From Longimicrobiales bacterium (lineage in GTDB: Bacteria; Gemmatimonadota; Gemmatimonadetes; Longimicrobiales; Gaopeijiaceae), in contig JAWLHJ010000002.1 of NCBI GenBank assembly GCA_041690395.1, positions 657,099-721,098 on the forward strand: a stretch of 64,000 bases of DNA, written 5' to 3'. Positions 1 to 10,500 of the stretch are shown piece by piece; position 1 is the first letter of the stretch; each line of letters begins with the position of its first letter. Position numbers and translations under genes: made by a program. The notes below the pieces were generated by a model. That model searched no databases, was not told the DNA's origin, and saw only the letters and a program-made list of their open reading frames with translations.

Positions 1-955
1 CGGCTGCACGGTCCAGGGCTTCGAGGACACCTCGGTCTACGATCGCATGACGGAGGCCGGCATGACGACGTGCGCCGGACAGGTGCGGGTCACGCCGGGG
101 TACTTCGAGGCGCTCGGTATCCCCATCGAGGAGGGCCGGGGGCTCGAGCCCGGCGACTTCGAAGACCCGGCCCGGGCCGCGGTGGTGGTCAGCCGCGCGT
201 TCGCGGACCGCTTCTGGCCCGGAGAGACCGCGGTCGGCAAGGGGGTCGGGCCCTCGGGGCGCACGCGCGGGCCGTTCTTCCGCGTCGTGGGTGTCGCGGG
301 CGACGTCCCGGCACGGGCCCGGGGTGGCGCGCCGCTCTCCGAGACGGCCATCGCGGTCTACTACCCGGTGGTCGACAACCCGGAGGTGGAGGGCAACTGG
401 TACTGGTGGCCGGGGTCGATGACGCTCGTCGTCCACGCCGGCACGGACGACCCGACGTCGCTTCTCCCTGCGGTGCGCGACATCGTAGCCGAAGTCGATC
501 CCGAGGTGCCGATCGCGAACGCACGGACGATGGAGGCGGTGGTGGCGGAAGCGGCGGCGACGGTCTCGTTCCTGTCGCTGCTCCTCGCGATCGCGGCCGC
601 CGTGGCGGTGCTCCTGGCCGCCGTGGGTCTGTTCGGCGTCGTCTCCTACCTGGTCACCCAGAGGACACGGGAGATCGGCATGCGCCTGGCCATCGGGGCG
701 CGACCGGGCGAGGTCGTGTGGATGATCGTGCGCGGGACGCTCGCGCTGGCCGCGGCGGGGCTCCTGGTCGGCGCACCCCTCGCATGGGTGGGTTCCGGGC
801 TGATGGGGAGCATCCTCTACGGCGTGACGCCCCTCGACCCTTGGGTGTACCTCGGCGCCGCGCTCACGCTCCTGGCGGTCGCCCTGGCGGCTGCGTGGCT
901 GCCCGCCCGTCGCGCGTCGGCGGTCGACCCGGTGCTGGCGCTCCGGTCGGACTGA
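1..955 (+). CDS. ABC transporter permease (MacB/FtsX-like, ADOP type), 5' truncated by the window edge
   Basis: Frame open from position 2; C-terminal GLFGVVSYLVTQRTREIGMRLAIGA and PARRASAVDPVLALRSD are typical of this family. Confidence 0.9.
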   Translation, partial: GCTVQGFEDTSVYDRMTEAGMTTCAGQVRVTPGYFEALGIPIEEGRGLEPGDFEDPARAAVVVSRAFADRFWPGETAVGKGVGPSGRTRGPFFRVVGVAGDVPARARGGAPLSETAIAVYYPVVDNPEVEGNWYWWPGSMTLVVHAGTDDPTSLLPAVRDIVAEVDPEVPIANARTMEAVVAEAAATVSFLSLLLAIAAAVAVLLAAVGLFGVVSYLVTQRTREIGMRLAIGARPGEVVWMIVRGTLALAAAGLLVGAPLAWVGSGLMGSILYGVTPLDPWVYLGAALTLLAVALAAAWLPARRASAVDPVLALRSD

Positions 956-1048
956 CCCGAGGCCGGGGGCCGGCCGGCTCCCGAACGACGTCGCCCCGGA
1001 CCGGCGCTCGGCCGATCCGGGGCGACAGTCACGACCTGGGAACGGAGG

Positions 1049-1255
1049 TCAGTCCCAGGACTCTTCGTCCTCTTCCTCTTCCTCCCAATCGTCGTCGTCT
1101 TCGAGGTCCTCGTCGTCGTCCCAGTCGTCGTCGTCGTCGTCCCAGTCGTCGTCTTCGAGATCCTCGTCGTCCCAATCCTCTTCATCACCGTCGTCCGCCA
1201 ACGCGAACACCTCATCGGTAATGCCTTCACCTTCGAACCAGCCGGAACGGCTCAT
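1049..1255 (-). CDS. small hyper-acidic Asp/Glu-rich protein with periodic Trp (68 aa)
   Basis: GGAGG RBS at 1269-1265, 9 nt before ATG 1255; GAC/GAG codon pattern; fills the intergenic gap. Confidence 0.65.
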   Translation of the reverse strand: MSRSGWFEGEGITDEVFALADDGDEEDWDDEDLEDDDWDDDDDDWDDDEDLEDDDDWEEEEEDEESWD

Positions 1256-1406
1256 CTTGCTCAACCTCCATGGCGGACGGCGCTATTCGGAGTCGACCCG
1301 TTTCGAACTCCGCCGGGCACATGGCGCGAAAGTACAAGAGGCCAGGTGGATGTCAACGCGCAGGACGATACATTCCGGAACGCGCATCGTTCTTTCGTGA
1401 GGGGTC

Positions 1407-3527
1407 ATGGCCAGAGAAGAGAATCCGCTGCTGGAGGACAACGCCCGCATCCCGTTCGACAGGATCCGGGCGGAGCACGTCGAACCAGGCGTTCGGCGGG
1501 CCCTCGAGGAGGCTCGCACCGACGTCGAACGCGTGTCGACTTCGGACGATCCGCCGACCTGGGCGAACACGATGGCGCCGCTCGATCGCGCCCTGGAGCG
1601 TCTCTCGGAGCGTATCGCGCCGCCGTCGCATCTGATGTCGGTCGCGGAGACTCCAGAGCTGCGCGCAGCGTACAACGCGGTCCTCCCCGAGATCTCCGCC
1701 TTCTGGTCGAGCCTGCCGCTGGACCCCCGCCTCTGGGCGCGCATCGCCGCCTACGCCGCCACGGACGAGGCGAAGGCGCTGACCGGCATCCGCCGCAGGC
1801 ACCTCGACAAGACCGTGGCCGAGTTCAGGCGGGCCGGCGCCGACCTCGGCGACGACGACAAGGCGAGGCTCCGGGAGCTCCGCGTGGAGATCGCCCAGCT
1901 CGAGCAGCGCTTCGGCGAGCACCTCCTCGACGCGACCGCGGCGTACGAGCTCCTCGTCGAGGACGAGTCGCGCCTGGACGGCGTGCCCGAGGCCCCCAAG
2001 CGCCGCTTCCGGGCCAAGGCGAAGGAGCGGGACCAGGAGGGATGGCTGCTGACCCTCGACTACCCGTCGGTTGAGCCCATCCTCAAGCACTGCCGTGACC
2101 GCGCGCTCCGCCGGGAGATCCAGACGGCGTACGCGACCCGGTGCCGCGAGGGCGAGCACGACAACCGGCCGCTCATCGCGCGTATCCTCCGGATTCGGGA
2201 CGAGATCGCGGACATCCTGGGGTACGGGAGCTTTCCGGATTACGTGCTGGAAGAGCGCATGGCCCGCACCGGGGCACGGGCGATCGAGTTCGAGCGCGAC
2301 CTGGTGGAGCGGACCGGCCCCTACCACGAGCGCGACGTGCGGGAGCTCGAGGACCACGCCCGCGAGCTGGGCATCGACGACCTCGAGCCCTGGGACGTCT
2401 CCTACGTGATGGAGCAACTCCGCAAGGCCCGCTACGACATCGACGACGAAGACCTCCGCCCCTACTTCCCCCTGCCCCGCGTACTCGCCGGACTCTTCGA
2501 GATCGTCCGTCGCACCTTCGGATTCCGGATCGAAGAGCAGCCGAACGACAAGGTGTGGCACCCCGACGTCCGCTACTTCGAGATCATCGACGAATCCGAC
2601 GACATGCGGGTGGGCGCCTTCTATACGGACTGGTTCCCGAGGAAGGAGAAGCGGCAGGGCGCCTGGATGAACAACTTCGTGACGGGTGGACCCGAGAACG
2701 GGTCGTTCCGCCCCCACGTCGGCGTCATCTGCGGCAACTTCACGCCTCCTGACGACGACGCGCCGGCGCTCCTGACCCACCGCGAGGTCCAGACCACGTT
2801 CCACGAGTTCGGGCACCTCCTGCACCACTGCACGTCCCGCGTCGAGATCCCGTCCCGCGCCGGCATCCACGTGGCGTGGGACTTCGTCGAGCTCCCGAGC
2901 CAGCTCATGGAGAACTGGACGTGGGAGCGGGAAGCCCTCGACCTCTTCGCCAGGCACCACGAGACGGGCGAGCCGCTCCCGGACGAGCTCTACGACCGCA
3001 TGATCGCCGCCCGGCGCTTCATGGGCGGATGGGGCCAGATGCGTCAGCTCTCCCTCGGCACGGTGGACCTGGCGCTGCACGCCGAGATGGCCCCCCGGCT
3101 GAGAGCGGAGGCGGGCGGCACCGCGTCGGCGCCCGAGGAGGTCGACGAGGCCCAGGCGGACGAGGTCATGGCCTTCGCCGAACGCCGCTTCCGCGACTTC
3201 GTGCCGTCCGAGGCGTTCGCCCGGCTCCATGGCCTGACGTCGTTCGGGCACCTGTTCTCCGGGGGATACGCGGCCGGGTACTACAGCTATCTCTGGTCGG
3301 AGGTGCTGGACGCCGACGTGTTCACACGGTTCAAGTCCGAAGGCATCTTCAACGCCGAGACGGGCCGGAGCTACGTGACCTCGATCCTCTCGCGGGGCGA
3401 TTCCGACGACCCCGAAGCGCTCTTCCGTGCGTTCATGGGCCGGGACCCGGACCCGGAGGCGCTCCTCGCCCGGAATCTCGGCCCACGGAACGGTAACGAC
3501 CCCGAAGCCCTATTAGAGACCGTATGA
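1407..3527 (+). CDS. prlC: M3 family oligopeptidase A
   Basis: HEFGH zinc motif, WDFVELPSQLMENW, GGYAAGYYSYLWSEVLDAD. Confidence 0.92.
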   Translation: MAREENPLLEDNARIPFDRIRAEHVEPGVRRALEEARTDVERVSTSDDPPTWANTMAPLDRALERLSERIAPPSHLMSVAETPELRAAYNAVLPEISAFWSSLPLDPRLWARIAAYAATDEAKALTGIRRRHLDKTVAEFRRAGADLGDDDKARLRELRVEIAQLEQRFGEHLLDATAAYELLVEDESRLDGVPEAPKRRFRAKAKERDQEGWLLTLDYPSVEPILKHCRDRALRREIQTAYATRCREGEHDNRPLIARILRIRDEIADILGYGSFPDYVLEERMARTGARAIEFERDLVERTGPYHERDVRELEDHARELGIDDLEPWDVSYVMEQLRKARYDIDDEDLRPYFPLPRVLAGLFEIVRRTFGFRIEEQPNDKVWHPDVRYFEIIDESDDMRVGAFYTDWFPRKEKRQGAWMNNFVTGGPENGSFRPHVGVICGNFTPPDDDAPALLTHREVQTTFHEFGHLLHHCTSRVEIPSRAGIHVAWDFVELPSQLMENWTWEREALDLFARHHETGEPLPDELYDRMIAARRFMGGWGQMRQLSLGTVDLALHAEMAPRLRAEAGGTASAPEEVDEAQADEVMAFAERRFRDFVPSEAFARLHGLTSFGHLFSGGYAAGYYSYLWSEVLDADVFTRFKSEGIFNAETGRSYVTSILSRGDSDDPEALFRAFMGRDPDPEALLARNLGPRNGNDPEALLETV

Positions 3528-3547
3528 GCATCCAGCGGAGAAGGCAC

Positions 3548-4564
3548 ATGATGAATGCATCGAAGGTCCGAGGGCTCCTCGCGCTCCTGCTCGCCACGGG
3601 ACTCGCGGCGTGCGGCGAGAAGGGGATGACGTACGGCGACGCCAACTCCGTGATCGCCGTCACCGACGCCGAGCGCTGGTCCGAGATCGAGGACGACGTC
3701 TTCGGCGCGATCGAGCAGACCATCCAGACCGTCCGCGACGAGAAGACGTTCACGGTCACGTACCAGGAGCCGTACGCGGAGTTCTGGAACGACCTGCGCC
3801 GCTTCCGTCAGATGCTCCTCATCGGAACGCTCGACGATCCGTGGATGGTGGAGGCGTTGGACGAGACGCCGACCGAGATCGACATCGGGGGGCCGGGTGT
3901 CTATCAGGTGCGGGACGTCTGGTCCCGCGATCAGACCGCGACCCTGATCGTGCTTCCGGACGACGGCTCGCTCGACCGGGTCCCGGCGATGCTCGACGAA
4001 GTGCAGACCACGCTCGACCAGCAGTTCAGGAATTACGCGCGCAACCGCATGTATTTCTCCGGCGTGGCCGAGGCCCTCGCCGACACACTGGCGGCCGAAG
4101 CGGGCTTCCGACTCACCGTGCCCGAGGTCTACCGCTGGCAGCGTAGCGACTCGGTGCTGGTGTTCCGGAACGACCAGCCCGATCCCTCGGAGCTCATCCG
4201 CCAGGTGACCGTGACCTGGATGACGCCGGCGCCCGGAGACCTCTCGGTGGACGAGATCATCGCGTGGCGTCAGCGCATGGCAGACGCCCACTACAACGAG
4301 CCCCAGGAGCTGGTCACCGAGGGCATGATCGTCGCGGACACCACGTTCGACGGTCGCGACGGCACCCTCGTCCAGACCCAGTGGCGCAATCCCCCGGACA
4401 GGGGGTGGCCCGCAGGCGGCCCCGTGGTGGTGCGCACCCTCACCTGTGACGAGCAGGACCGGACGTACCTGCTCGACGCCTGGCTCTATGCGCCGGGGCG
4501 CGAGAAGTACGAGTACATGATCCAGCTCGAGACGATTCTGGACACGTTCGACTGCGGCGTCTGA
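3548..4564 (+). CDS. lipoprotein, probable DUF4837 family
   Basis: Lipobox LAAC; GGAGAAGG RBS before ATG 3548/3551; C-terminal YAPGREKYEYMIQLE resembles DUF4837 proteins. Confidence 0.65.
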   Translation: MMNASKVRGLLALLLATGLAACGEKGMTYGDANSVIAVTDAERWSEIEDDVFGAIEQTIQTVRDEKTFTVTYQEPYAEFWNDLRRFRQMLLIGTLDDPWMVEALDETPTEIDIGGPGVYQVRDVWSRDQTATLIVLPDDGSLDRVPAMLDEVQTTLDQQFRNYARNRMYFSGVAEALADTLAAEAGFRLTVPEVYRWQRSDSVLVFRNDQPDPSELIRQVTVTWMTPAPGDLSVDEIIAWRQRMADAHYNEPQELVTEGMIVADTTFDGRDGTLVQTQWRNPPDRGWPAGGPVVVRTLTCDEQDRTYLLDAWLYAPGREKYEYMIQLETILDTFDCGV

Positions 4565-4599
4565 CTCCGGGCGATCAGGGAAGCGCTGCACAGGTCTGG

Positions 4600-4623
4600 C
4601 GGGGCTGCGGTCCCGCAGCCCCG
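4600..4623 (+). terminator. GC-rich hairpin after the prlC-lipoprotein operon
   Basis: cggggctgcgg / ccgcagccccg inverted repeat; no U-tract. Confidence 0.45.
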
Positions 4624-4729
4624 GCGCGCCGCCCGCACCGTGGGGCCGGGATCGCCACGGCGAGCTCGGCCACCCCACCCGCAGCGGGCTCGGCCATGCC
4701 CCGCTCCCGCGGCTCGCCCCCCCCGACCG

Positions 4730-4908
4730 TGGCGAGAATCCTGCATTCGTGCGCAGCCCTCGGGGGCCATGTCGACTTTCCGCCGTATGCGGCGTCAAAT
4801 CGCCCAGACGCGTGGGCGCCGCTCACTGGCGAGTCATGTTCCTGCCGCATACGGCGGTCGAGTCGCCACACGACCATCGCCGGGCGCACCGGTGTCAAGT
4901 TTACGCCA
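4730..4908. repeat. 179-bp long imperfect inverted repeat (MITE-like or structured element)
   Basis: Perfect 14-bp IR ccgccgtatgcggc (4780-4793) / gccgcatacggcgg (4844-4857), with collinear degenerate arms out to tggcg (4730) / cgcca (4908). Confidence 0.6.
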
Positions 4909-4992
4909 TCGGGACACCGCCCCACCCCTGCCGCACCACTCCCGCGCCCCTGCCCACCCCCGCCCATCTCGGAAGTCGTGGTCACGTGGGCC

Positions 4993-5043
4993 TCCTGAGT
5001 CCCCGGCCTCTTGAATCCCCGGTTTCCTGAATCCCGGTTTCCT
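4993..5043. repeat. three tandem 15-16 bp direct repeats
   Basis: tcctgagtccccggcc / tcttgaatccccggtt / tcctgaatcccggtt. Confidence 0.7.
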
Positions 5044-5050
5044 CGCGGCC

Positions 5051-5100
5051 TTGACCCGGTCCTGGATGAGCACGATATTTCAAACTTGAAGACTTGAAAT
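5051..5100 (+). promoter_or_regulatory. sigma70-like promoter with overlapping palindromic operator upstream of the alkene reductase
   Basis: TTGACC-17bp-GATATT; ATTTCAA-N10-TTGAAAT, TTCAA-N2-TTGAA and direct repeat ACTTGAA in an AT-rich patch. Confidence 0.6.
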
Positions 5101-5135
5101 TTGATCTCTATGCGCCCTTCAAACGGAGCTACGCC

Positions 5136-6251
5136 ATGTCCTCTCCATCTACTCCATCCGATCGACCGCTGCTGAGCCCGACCACGCTCGCGGGGCGCCC
5201 CCTCGCCAACCGCGTCGTCATGGCTCCGATGACCCGCTCCCGTGCCCTGGGTAACGTCCCGAACGAGCTCATGGCCGAATACTACGGCCAGCGTACCAGC
5301 GCAGGCCTGATCGTCACGGAGGGCACGTCGCCGACCCCCGACGGGCTCGGGTATCCACGCATTCCGGGCATCTTCTCGGACGAGCAGGTGGAGGGCTGGC
5401 GCGGCGTCACCGACCGTGTGCACGAAGGCGGGGGTCTGATCTTCCTGCAGCTCATGGACACGGGCCGCGTGGCCCATCCCCTCAACCTCCCCGACGGAGC
5501 GGACGTCCGGGCACCCAGCGCCGTCCCTCTCGAAGAGACGCGCATGTGGGTCGACGGAGAGGGCAATCTGGAGATCCCCGCGCCTCGGGCGATGACCGGG
5601 GCCGAGATCGAGGAGACGATCGCCGCGTACGTCCAGGCGGCTCGAAACGCTGTGGCCGCCGGCTTCGACGGCGTCGAGCTGCATGGAGCCAACGGCTATC
5701 TCATCGAGCAGTTCCTGAATCCGCACACGAACCAGCGGGACGACGCCTGGGGCGGATCGGTGGAGGCGCGCGCGCGCTTCCTCGTCGAGGTGGCGACCCG
5801 GGTGGCGGCCGCGATCGGGCCCGAGAAGGTGGGGCTTCGCCTGTCACCCTGGGGGACGTTCAACGAGATGCCCCACTATCCCGAGATCGCGGAGAGCTAC
5901 GACCACGTCGCCGACGCGATGTCCGAGCTCGGCCTCGCGTACCTGCACGTCATCCGTCCGCCCAAGGGAGACGACGTCCCGGGCGACGCCCACGTGCGGA
6001 TCGCGAAGCGCTTTCCGGGCACCGTGATCTTCGCCGGCAACTACGACCGGGAGTCCGCCGAGCGCGAGCTGGAGCGCGGCGACGCGGACCTGATCGCATT
6101 CGCCAGAGCGTTCCTGGCGAACCCCGACCTGCCCGAGCGCTTCGAGGCCGGAGCCGAGCTGAACGAGCCCGACCCGGACACGTTCTACGCCGCGGGCCCG
6201 GAAGGGTACACGGACTATCCCACGCTGGACGCGGAAGTGGCGATCGGCTGA
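5136..6251 (+). CDS. alkene reductase (old yellow enzyme, NemA/XenB-like)
   Basis: MAPMTRSRA, GFDGVELHGANGYLIEQFL, FLANPDLP; GGAG RBS before ATG 5136. Confidence 0.93.
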   Translation: MSSPSTPSDRPLLSPTTLAGRPLANRVVMAPMTRSRALGNVPNELMAEYYGQRTSAGLIVTEGTSPTPDGLGYPRIPGIFSDEQVEGWRGVTDRVHEGGGLIFLQLMDTGRVAHPLNLPDGADVRAPSAVPLEETRMWVDGEGNLEIPAPRAMTGAEIEETIAAYVQAARNAVAAGFDGVELHGANGYLIEQFLNPHTNQRDDAWGGSVEARARFLVEVATRVAAAIGPEKVGLRLSPWGTFNEMPHYPEIAESYDHVADAMSELGLAYLHVIRPPKGDDVPGDAHVRIAKRFPGTVIFAGNYDRESAERELERGDADLIAFARAFLANPDLPERFEAGAELNEPDPDTFYAAGPEGYTDYPTLDAEVAIG

Positions 6252-6260
6252 CGACCCGGC

Positions 6261-6295
6261 CGAGGGTGTTGAAGACCGCCTCTTCGACACCCTCG
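6261..6295 (+). terminator. hairpin after the alkene reductase
   Basis: 15-bp stem cgagggtgttgaaga / tcttcgacaccctcg (one G-U pair), 5-nt loop. Confidence 0.55.
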
Positions 6296-6369
6296 CCGGG
6301 ACCCTTGGGCCGCCGCCGCCGGTAGGACACGGTGACATCGATCCACGGTCCCGAGCCCCGAGCCCCGAC

Positions 6370-6834
6370 ATGCGTTCCTCGCGCGCGCCCCTCCTCGGAG
6401 GAGCCACCCTCCTGATCGTCACCGCCCTCGGCGGGTCGCCCGCGGCGGCCTCGGGCCAGACCGTGGGCGACCTCCTCGCGAGCGTCCAGAACGGCGGTGG
6501 CTGGGTGAGCGTGCCGATCCAGAACGGAGTCGGCCACGTCTCGACCGCCGCCGTCCCGACCATGGGCGTCAGGCTGTCCGGCTGCGTGCACGTGTGGGCC
6601 GGCCACTCGGGACGTTGGGACATCGACGCAAACGACGCGCTCGGCACCGGTCGGCTGACCATGAGCGCGGGACCCGGTGAGTCGGTGCCGTTCACCTACG
6701 CCGCCGGGATGCGCTCCAAGCTCGAGATCGACTTCGCCTGGAGCGAACCTCGTGACACGACGCTCTTCCTGTGGGTCGGGCTCGCCCGCCCGAACGAGGC
6801 ACCCGAGGACACCTGCGAGCCCGACCAGGGGTAA
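6370..6834 (+). CDS. secreted hypothetical protein
   Basis: Signal peptide ending in ASG-Q; beta-rich mature part; coding-like codon bias. Confidence 0.7.
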   Translation: MRSSRAPLLGGATLLIVTALGGSPAAASGQTVGDLLASVQNGGGWVSVPIQNGVGHVSTAAVPTMGVRLSGCVHVWAGHSGRWDIDANDALGTGRLTMSAGPGESVPFTYAAGMRSKLEIDFAWSEPRDTTLFLWVGLARPNEAPEDTCEPDQG

Positions 6835-6850
6835 GAAGACCCCCGAATCC

Positions 6851-7381
6851 ATGACTTCGACAGACGGATCCATGCCCCAACGCACCGCTCTCTCGCTCGT
6901 TCCCATCCTCGTGGCCGTTCTCGCCGGATGCGGGGCCTCGAATCCCGACCAGGCCGGCGCGCAGGAAGAGATCCACTGCCGGGAGGCGCACCGTTTCCTG
7001 GTGGAGGACGTCGGGATGGCCGCGGTGACCGACCCCGACGTCTGGGACGACTGGCGGACCGACCAGCAGGTCCCCGGATGCCGCGTGACGGCCGCCGGCC
7101 TCACCCCCAACACGATGGGCACCGAGTCGGGCCTCTTCTACGAGAAGGTCGAGGCCGCCGGCTGGACGAGGACGCCCGACCCACAGGACGCGCCCAACGA
7201 GTCCTCCCTCCGGTACCGCAAGGACGGCTCGGATTGCCTCTTCAACTTCTACGAGCTCGGCATGCTCGGGACCGAGGCCGAGGGGATCGTCTCGGACGCG
7301 CGGGTGCCCACGACGGAGCTCGACCGCTACTACGTGCTGGCCATGTGCATGCCGGCCATGGAGTCCGCCCCCCGGCGCTGA
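6851..7381 (+). CDS. hypothetical lipoprotein
   Basis: Lipobox LAGC; four further Cys; start at 6851 or 6872. Confidence 0.7.
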   Translation: MTSTDGSMPQRTALSLVPILVAVLAGCGASNPDQAGAQEEIHCREAHRFLVEDVGMAAVTDPDVWDDWRTDQQVPGCRVTAAGLTPNTMGTESGLFYEKVEAAGWTRTPDPQDAPNESSLRYRKDGSDCLFNFYELGMLGTEAEGIVSDARVPTTELDRYYVLAMCMPAMESAPRR

Positions 7382-7501
7382 CACCCGGCCGGAATCCGCG
7401 CCGTTCCGTGACCGGAAACATGCGTCGGTTGGCCCGCCCGGAGGGCCCGAGTAGGTTCAGGGCGACCCGCCCGACCATGGACCCGCCGACCGATCCCCGA
7501 C

Positions 7502-10500
7502 GTGAGCTTCGTCCACCTCCACACCCACTCCGAGTTCTCGCTCCTCGACGGCGCGAACCGCCTGACGGACCTCGTGCGCAAGGCCAAGGAGCACGAGATG
7601 CCGGGGCTCGCGCTCACCGACCACGGGTGCATGTTCGGGGCGTGGAACTTCCACAAGACGGCACGGAAGGAGGGCCTGAAGCCCATCGTCGGGATGGAGG
7701 CCTACGTCGCGCCGGGCGACCGCCGGGACAAGTCCCGCTCCGGCCAGGGCGAGCGCGCGTACTATCACCTCGTGCTCCTCGCACGTGACCTCCAGGGGTA
7801 CCGGAACCTCGTCAAGCTGTCCTCCATCGGATACACGGAAGGCTTCTACCACAAGCCGCGTATCGACCGGGAGGTCCTGGCCAGGTACCACGAGGGGCTC
7901 ATCGTCTCGTCCGCGTGCATGGCGGGCGAGGTCGCGCGCCACCTCCAGGCCGACGACTGGAAGGCGGCGAAGGAAGCCGCCGAGTGGTACGCGAACCTGT
8001 TCGACGGTCGCTACTACATGGAGGTGCAGGCCCACGACACCGAGGGTCAGGCCGAGCTGAACAAGAAGGTGCTGCAGCTCGCCGACGAGCTCGGGCTCCC
8101 GTCCGTGCTCACGAACGACGCGCACTTCCTGCAGCCCGACGACCACGAAGCACACGACATCCTGCTCTGCATCGGGCTCGGCAAGGACCGGAACGACCCG
8201 AACCGGATGCACTACGACGAGGGGCTCTACTTCAAGAGCGCCGAGGAGATGGCCGCCGCATTCCCCGACCGGCCCGACGTCGTCGAGAACACGCTCAAGA
8301 TCGCCGACGAGGTCGACCTCGTCTTCGAGAAGAAGTACTTCCTGCCCGAGTTCCCGGTCCCCGAGGAGCACGCCGACGAGACGGCGTTCCTCGAGCACCT
8401 GTCGCTCGTAGGCGCGAAGGAGCGGTACGGCGATCCGCTCCCCCCCGAGGTGCAGGAGCGCTTCGACTACGAGATGGGGGTCATCAAGGGGACCGGGTAC
8501 GCCGGCTACTTCCTCATCACCCAGGACTTCATCCGCTGGGCGCGGGACAACGACATCCCGGTCGGACCCGGGCGCGGCTCGGCGGCGGGCTCGCTGGTGG
8601 CCTACGCGCTGGGGATCACCAACCTGGACCCGCTCGAGTTCGACCTGCTGTTCGAGCGCTTCCTGAACCCCGAGCGGATCTCGATGCCGGATATCGACAT
8701 CGACTTCTGCTACGAGCGCCGCGGCGAGGTGATCGAATACACCCGCCAGAAGTACGGCAAGGACGCCGTCGGCCAGATCATCACCTTCGGGACGATGAAG
8801 AGCCGCGCGGTCATCCGCGACGTGGGGCGCGCGCTGGGCTTCGAGCCCGGCGAGACCGACAAGATCGCCAAGCTCATCCCGAACGCGCCCGGCCAGGCGT
8901 TCACCGTCCAGGAGGCGGTCGACAAGCTCAAGGAGGTCAAGGTCCTCTACGAGTCCGACGAGCGTCACCGCCAGCTGTTCGACTACTCGATCACCCTCGA
9001 GGGGCTCGCGCGCCACGCGTCGGTCCACGCGGCCGGCGTGGTCATCGCGCCCGGACCGCTCGACGAGTACGTGCCGGTCAGCATCCAGACCGGCAAGAAC
9101 GGCAACGGCGACGACGCCATGGCCGTGACGCAGTACGACATGACCAGCCTCGAAGAGGCCGGCATGCTCAAGATGGACTTCCTGGGCCTGAAGACCCTCA
9201 CGGTCGTGTACGACGCCGTGCAGATGGTGCGGACCCGCCACGGCGTCCTGAAGAACCCGGACACCGGGGAAGAGTACGCGACCATCGACGACGTGCCGCT
9301 CGACGACCCGGCCGTCTACAAGATGATGGCCCGCGGCGGCACCTCGGGCATCTTCCAGTTCGAGTCGAACCTCGCGAACGACAAGCTGCGCGCCATGCGC
9401 TGCGACCGCTTCGAGGACCTGGTCGCGACCAACGCGCTCATTCGTCCGGGCCCGCTCGACTCCGGGATGACCGACGTCTTCATCCGGCGGAAGCTGGGGA
9501 AGGAGGCGGTGACCTACCCGCACCCGAGCCTCGAGAAGATCCTCGAGCCGACGCACGGGGTCATCGTCTACCAGGAGCAGGTGATGCGGATCGCGTCCGA
9601 GCTCGCGGGCTTCACGCTCGGCGAGGCGGACGTGCTGCGGAAGGCGGTGGGCAAGAAGGACGCAGCGCTCATCAAGAAGGAGCTCGGCCGGTTCGTCGAC
9701 CGGGCGGTGGAGCGCGGCGTCGAGAAGCAGACCGCCGTCGACCTGGCCGACCAGATCGAGACGTTCGGCCGCTACGGCTTCAACCGGAGCCACTCGGCGG
9801 CGTACTCGCTCATCTCGTACCAGACCGCGTGGCTGAAGGCGCACTACCCAGCCGAGTTCATGGCCGCGCTCCTCTCGTCCGTGCTCGACAGCACGGACAG
9901 CGTGGTGAAGTACATCGGCGCCTGCCGCGACCTGCCGCGCTTCATTCCGAAGCTCGAGGACTCGGTCGAGGTCCTCCCGCCGGACGTGAACGAGTCGGGG
10001 TGGAAGTTCACGGTCACGGCCGGCAGCAAGATCCGTTTCGGCATGGGAGCCGTGCGCGGGGTCGGACACGGTGCGGTCCGCTCGATCCTCGACGCGAGAG
10101 AGAACGGTGGGCCGTTCACCTCGCTCTTCGACTTCCTGGAGCGCATCGACACGCGGGCGCTCAACAAGCGGGCCTGCGAGGCGCTCATCGCGGCCGGCGC
10201 CCTCGACGCCTTCGGCCACCGGGCCCAGCTCCTCGCCGGACTCGACGCCGCCTACGGCGAGGTCCAGGCGCGCGCCGCGGAGATCGAGGCGGGTCAGGCT
10301 TCGCTGTTCGGCGACGCGTCGGCCCTTCCCCGCGGCGCGCCCTCGCTCCCGAAGATCCCCGAGTGGCCCGAGCCCGAGCGCCTCGCCCGCGAGAAGGCCG
10401 CGCTCGGCTTCTTCATCTCGGGCCACCCGCTCGACCGGTTCCGTGAGGTCGTGCGCGCGTTCGACGGCGTCGCGTCGGACACGCTCATCGAGAAGGCCGG

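Noticed and set aside
4993..5043. Short repeats here and at 38371-38415 as CRISPR arrays
   Set aside because: No unique spacers, only 2-3 abutting units and no cas genes
4575..5073. Small ORFs in the 4565-5135 gap
   Set aside because: No RBS or family motifs and low-complexity translations; the region is better explained by hairpins and repeats
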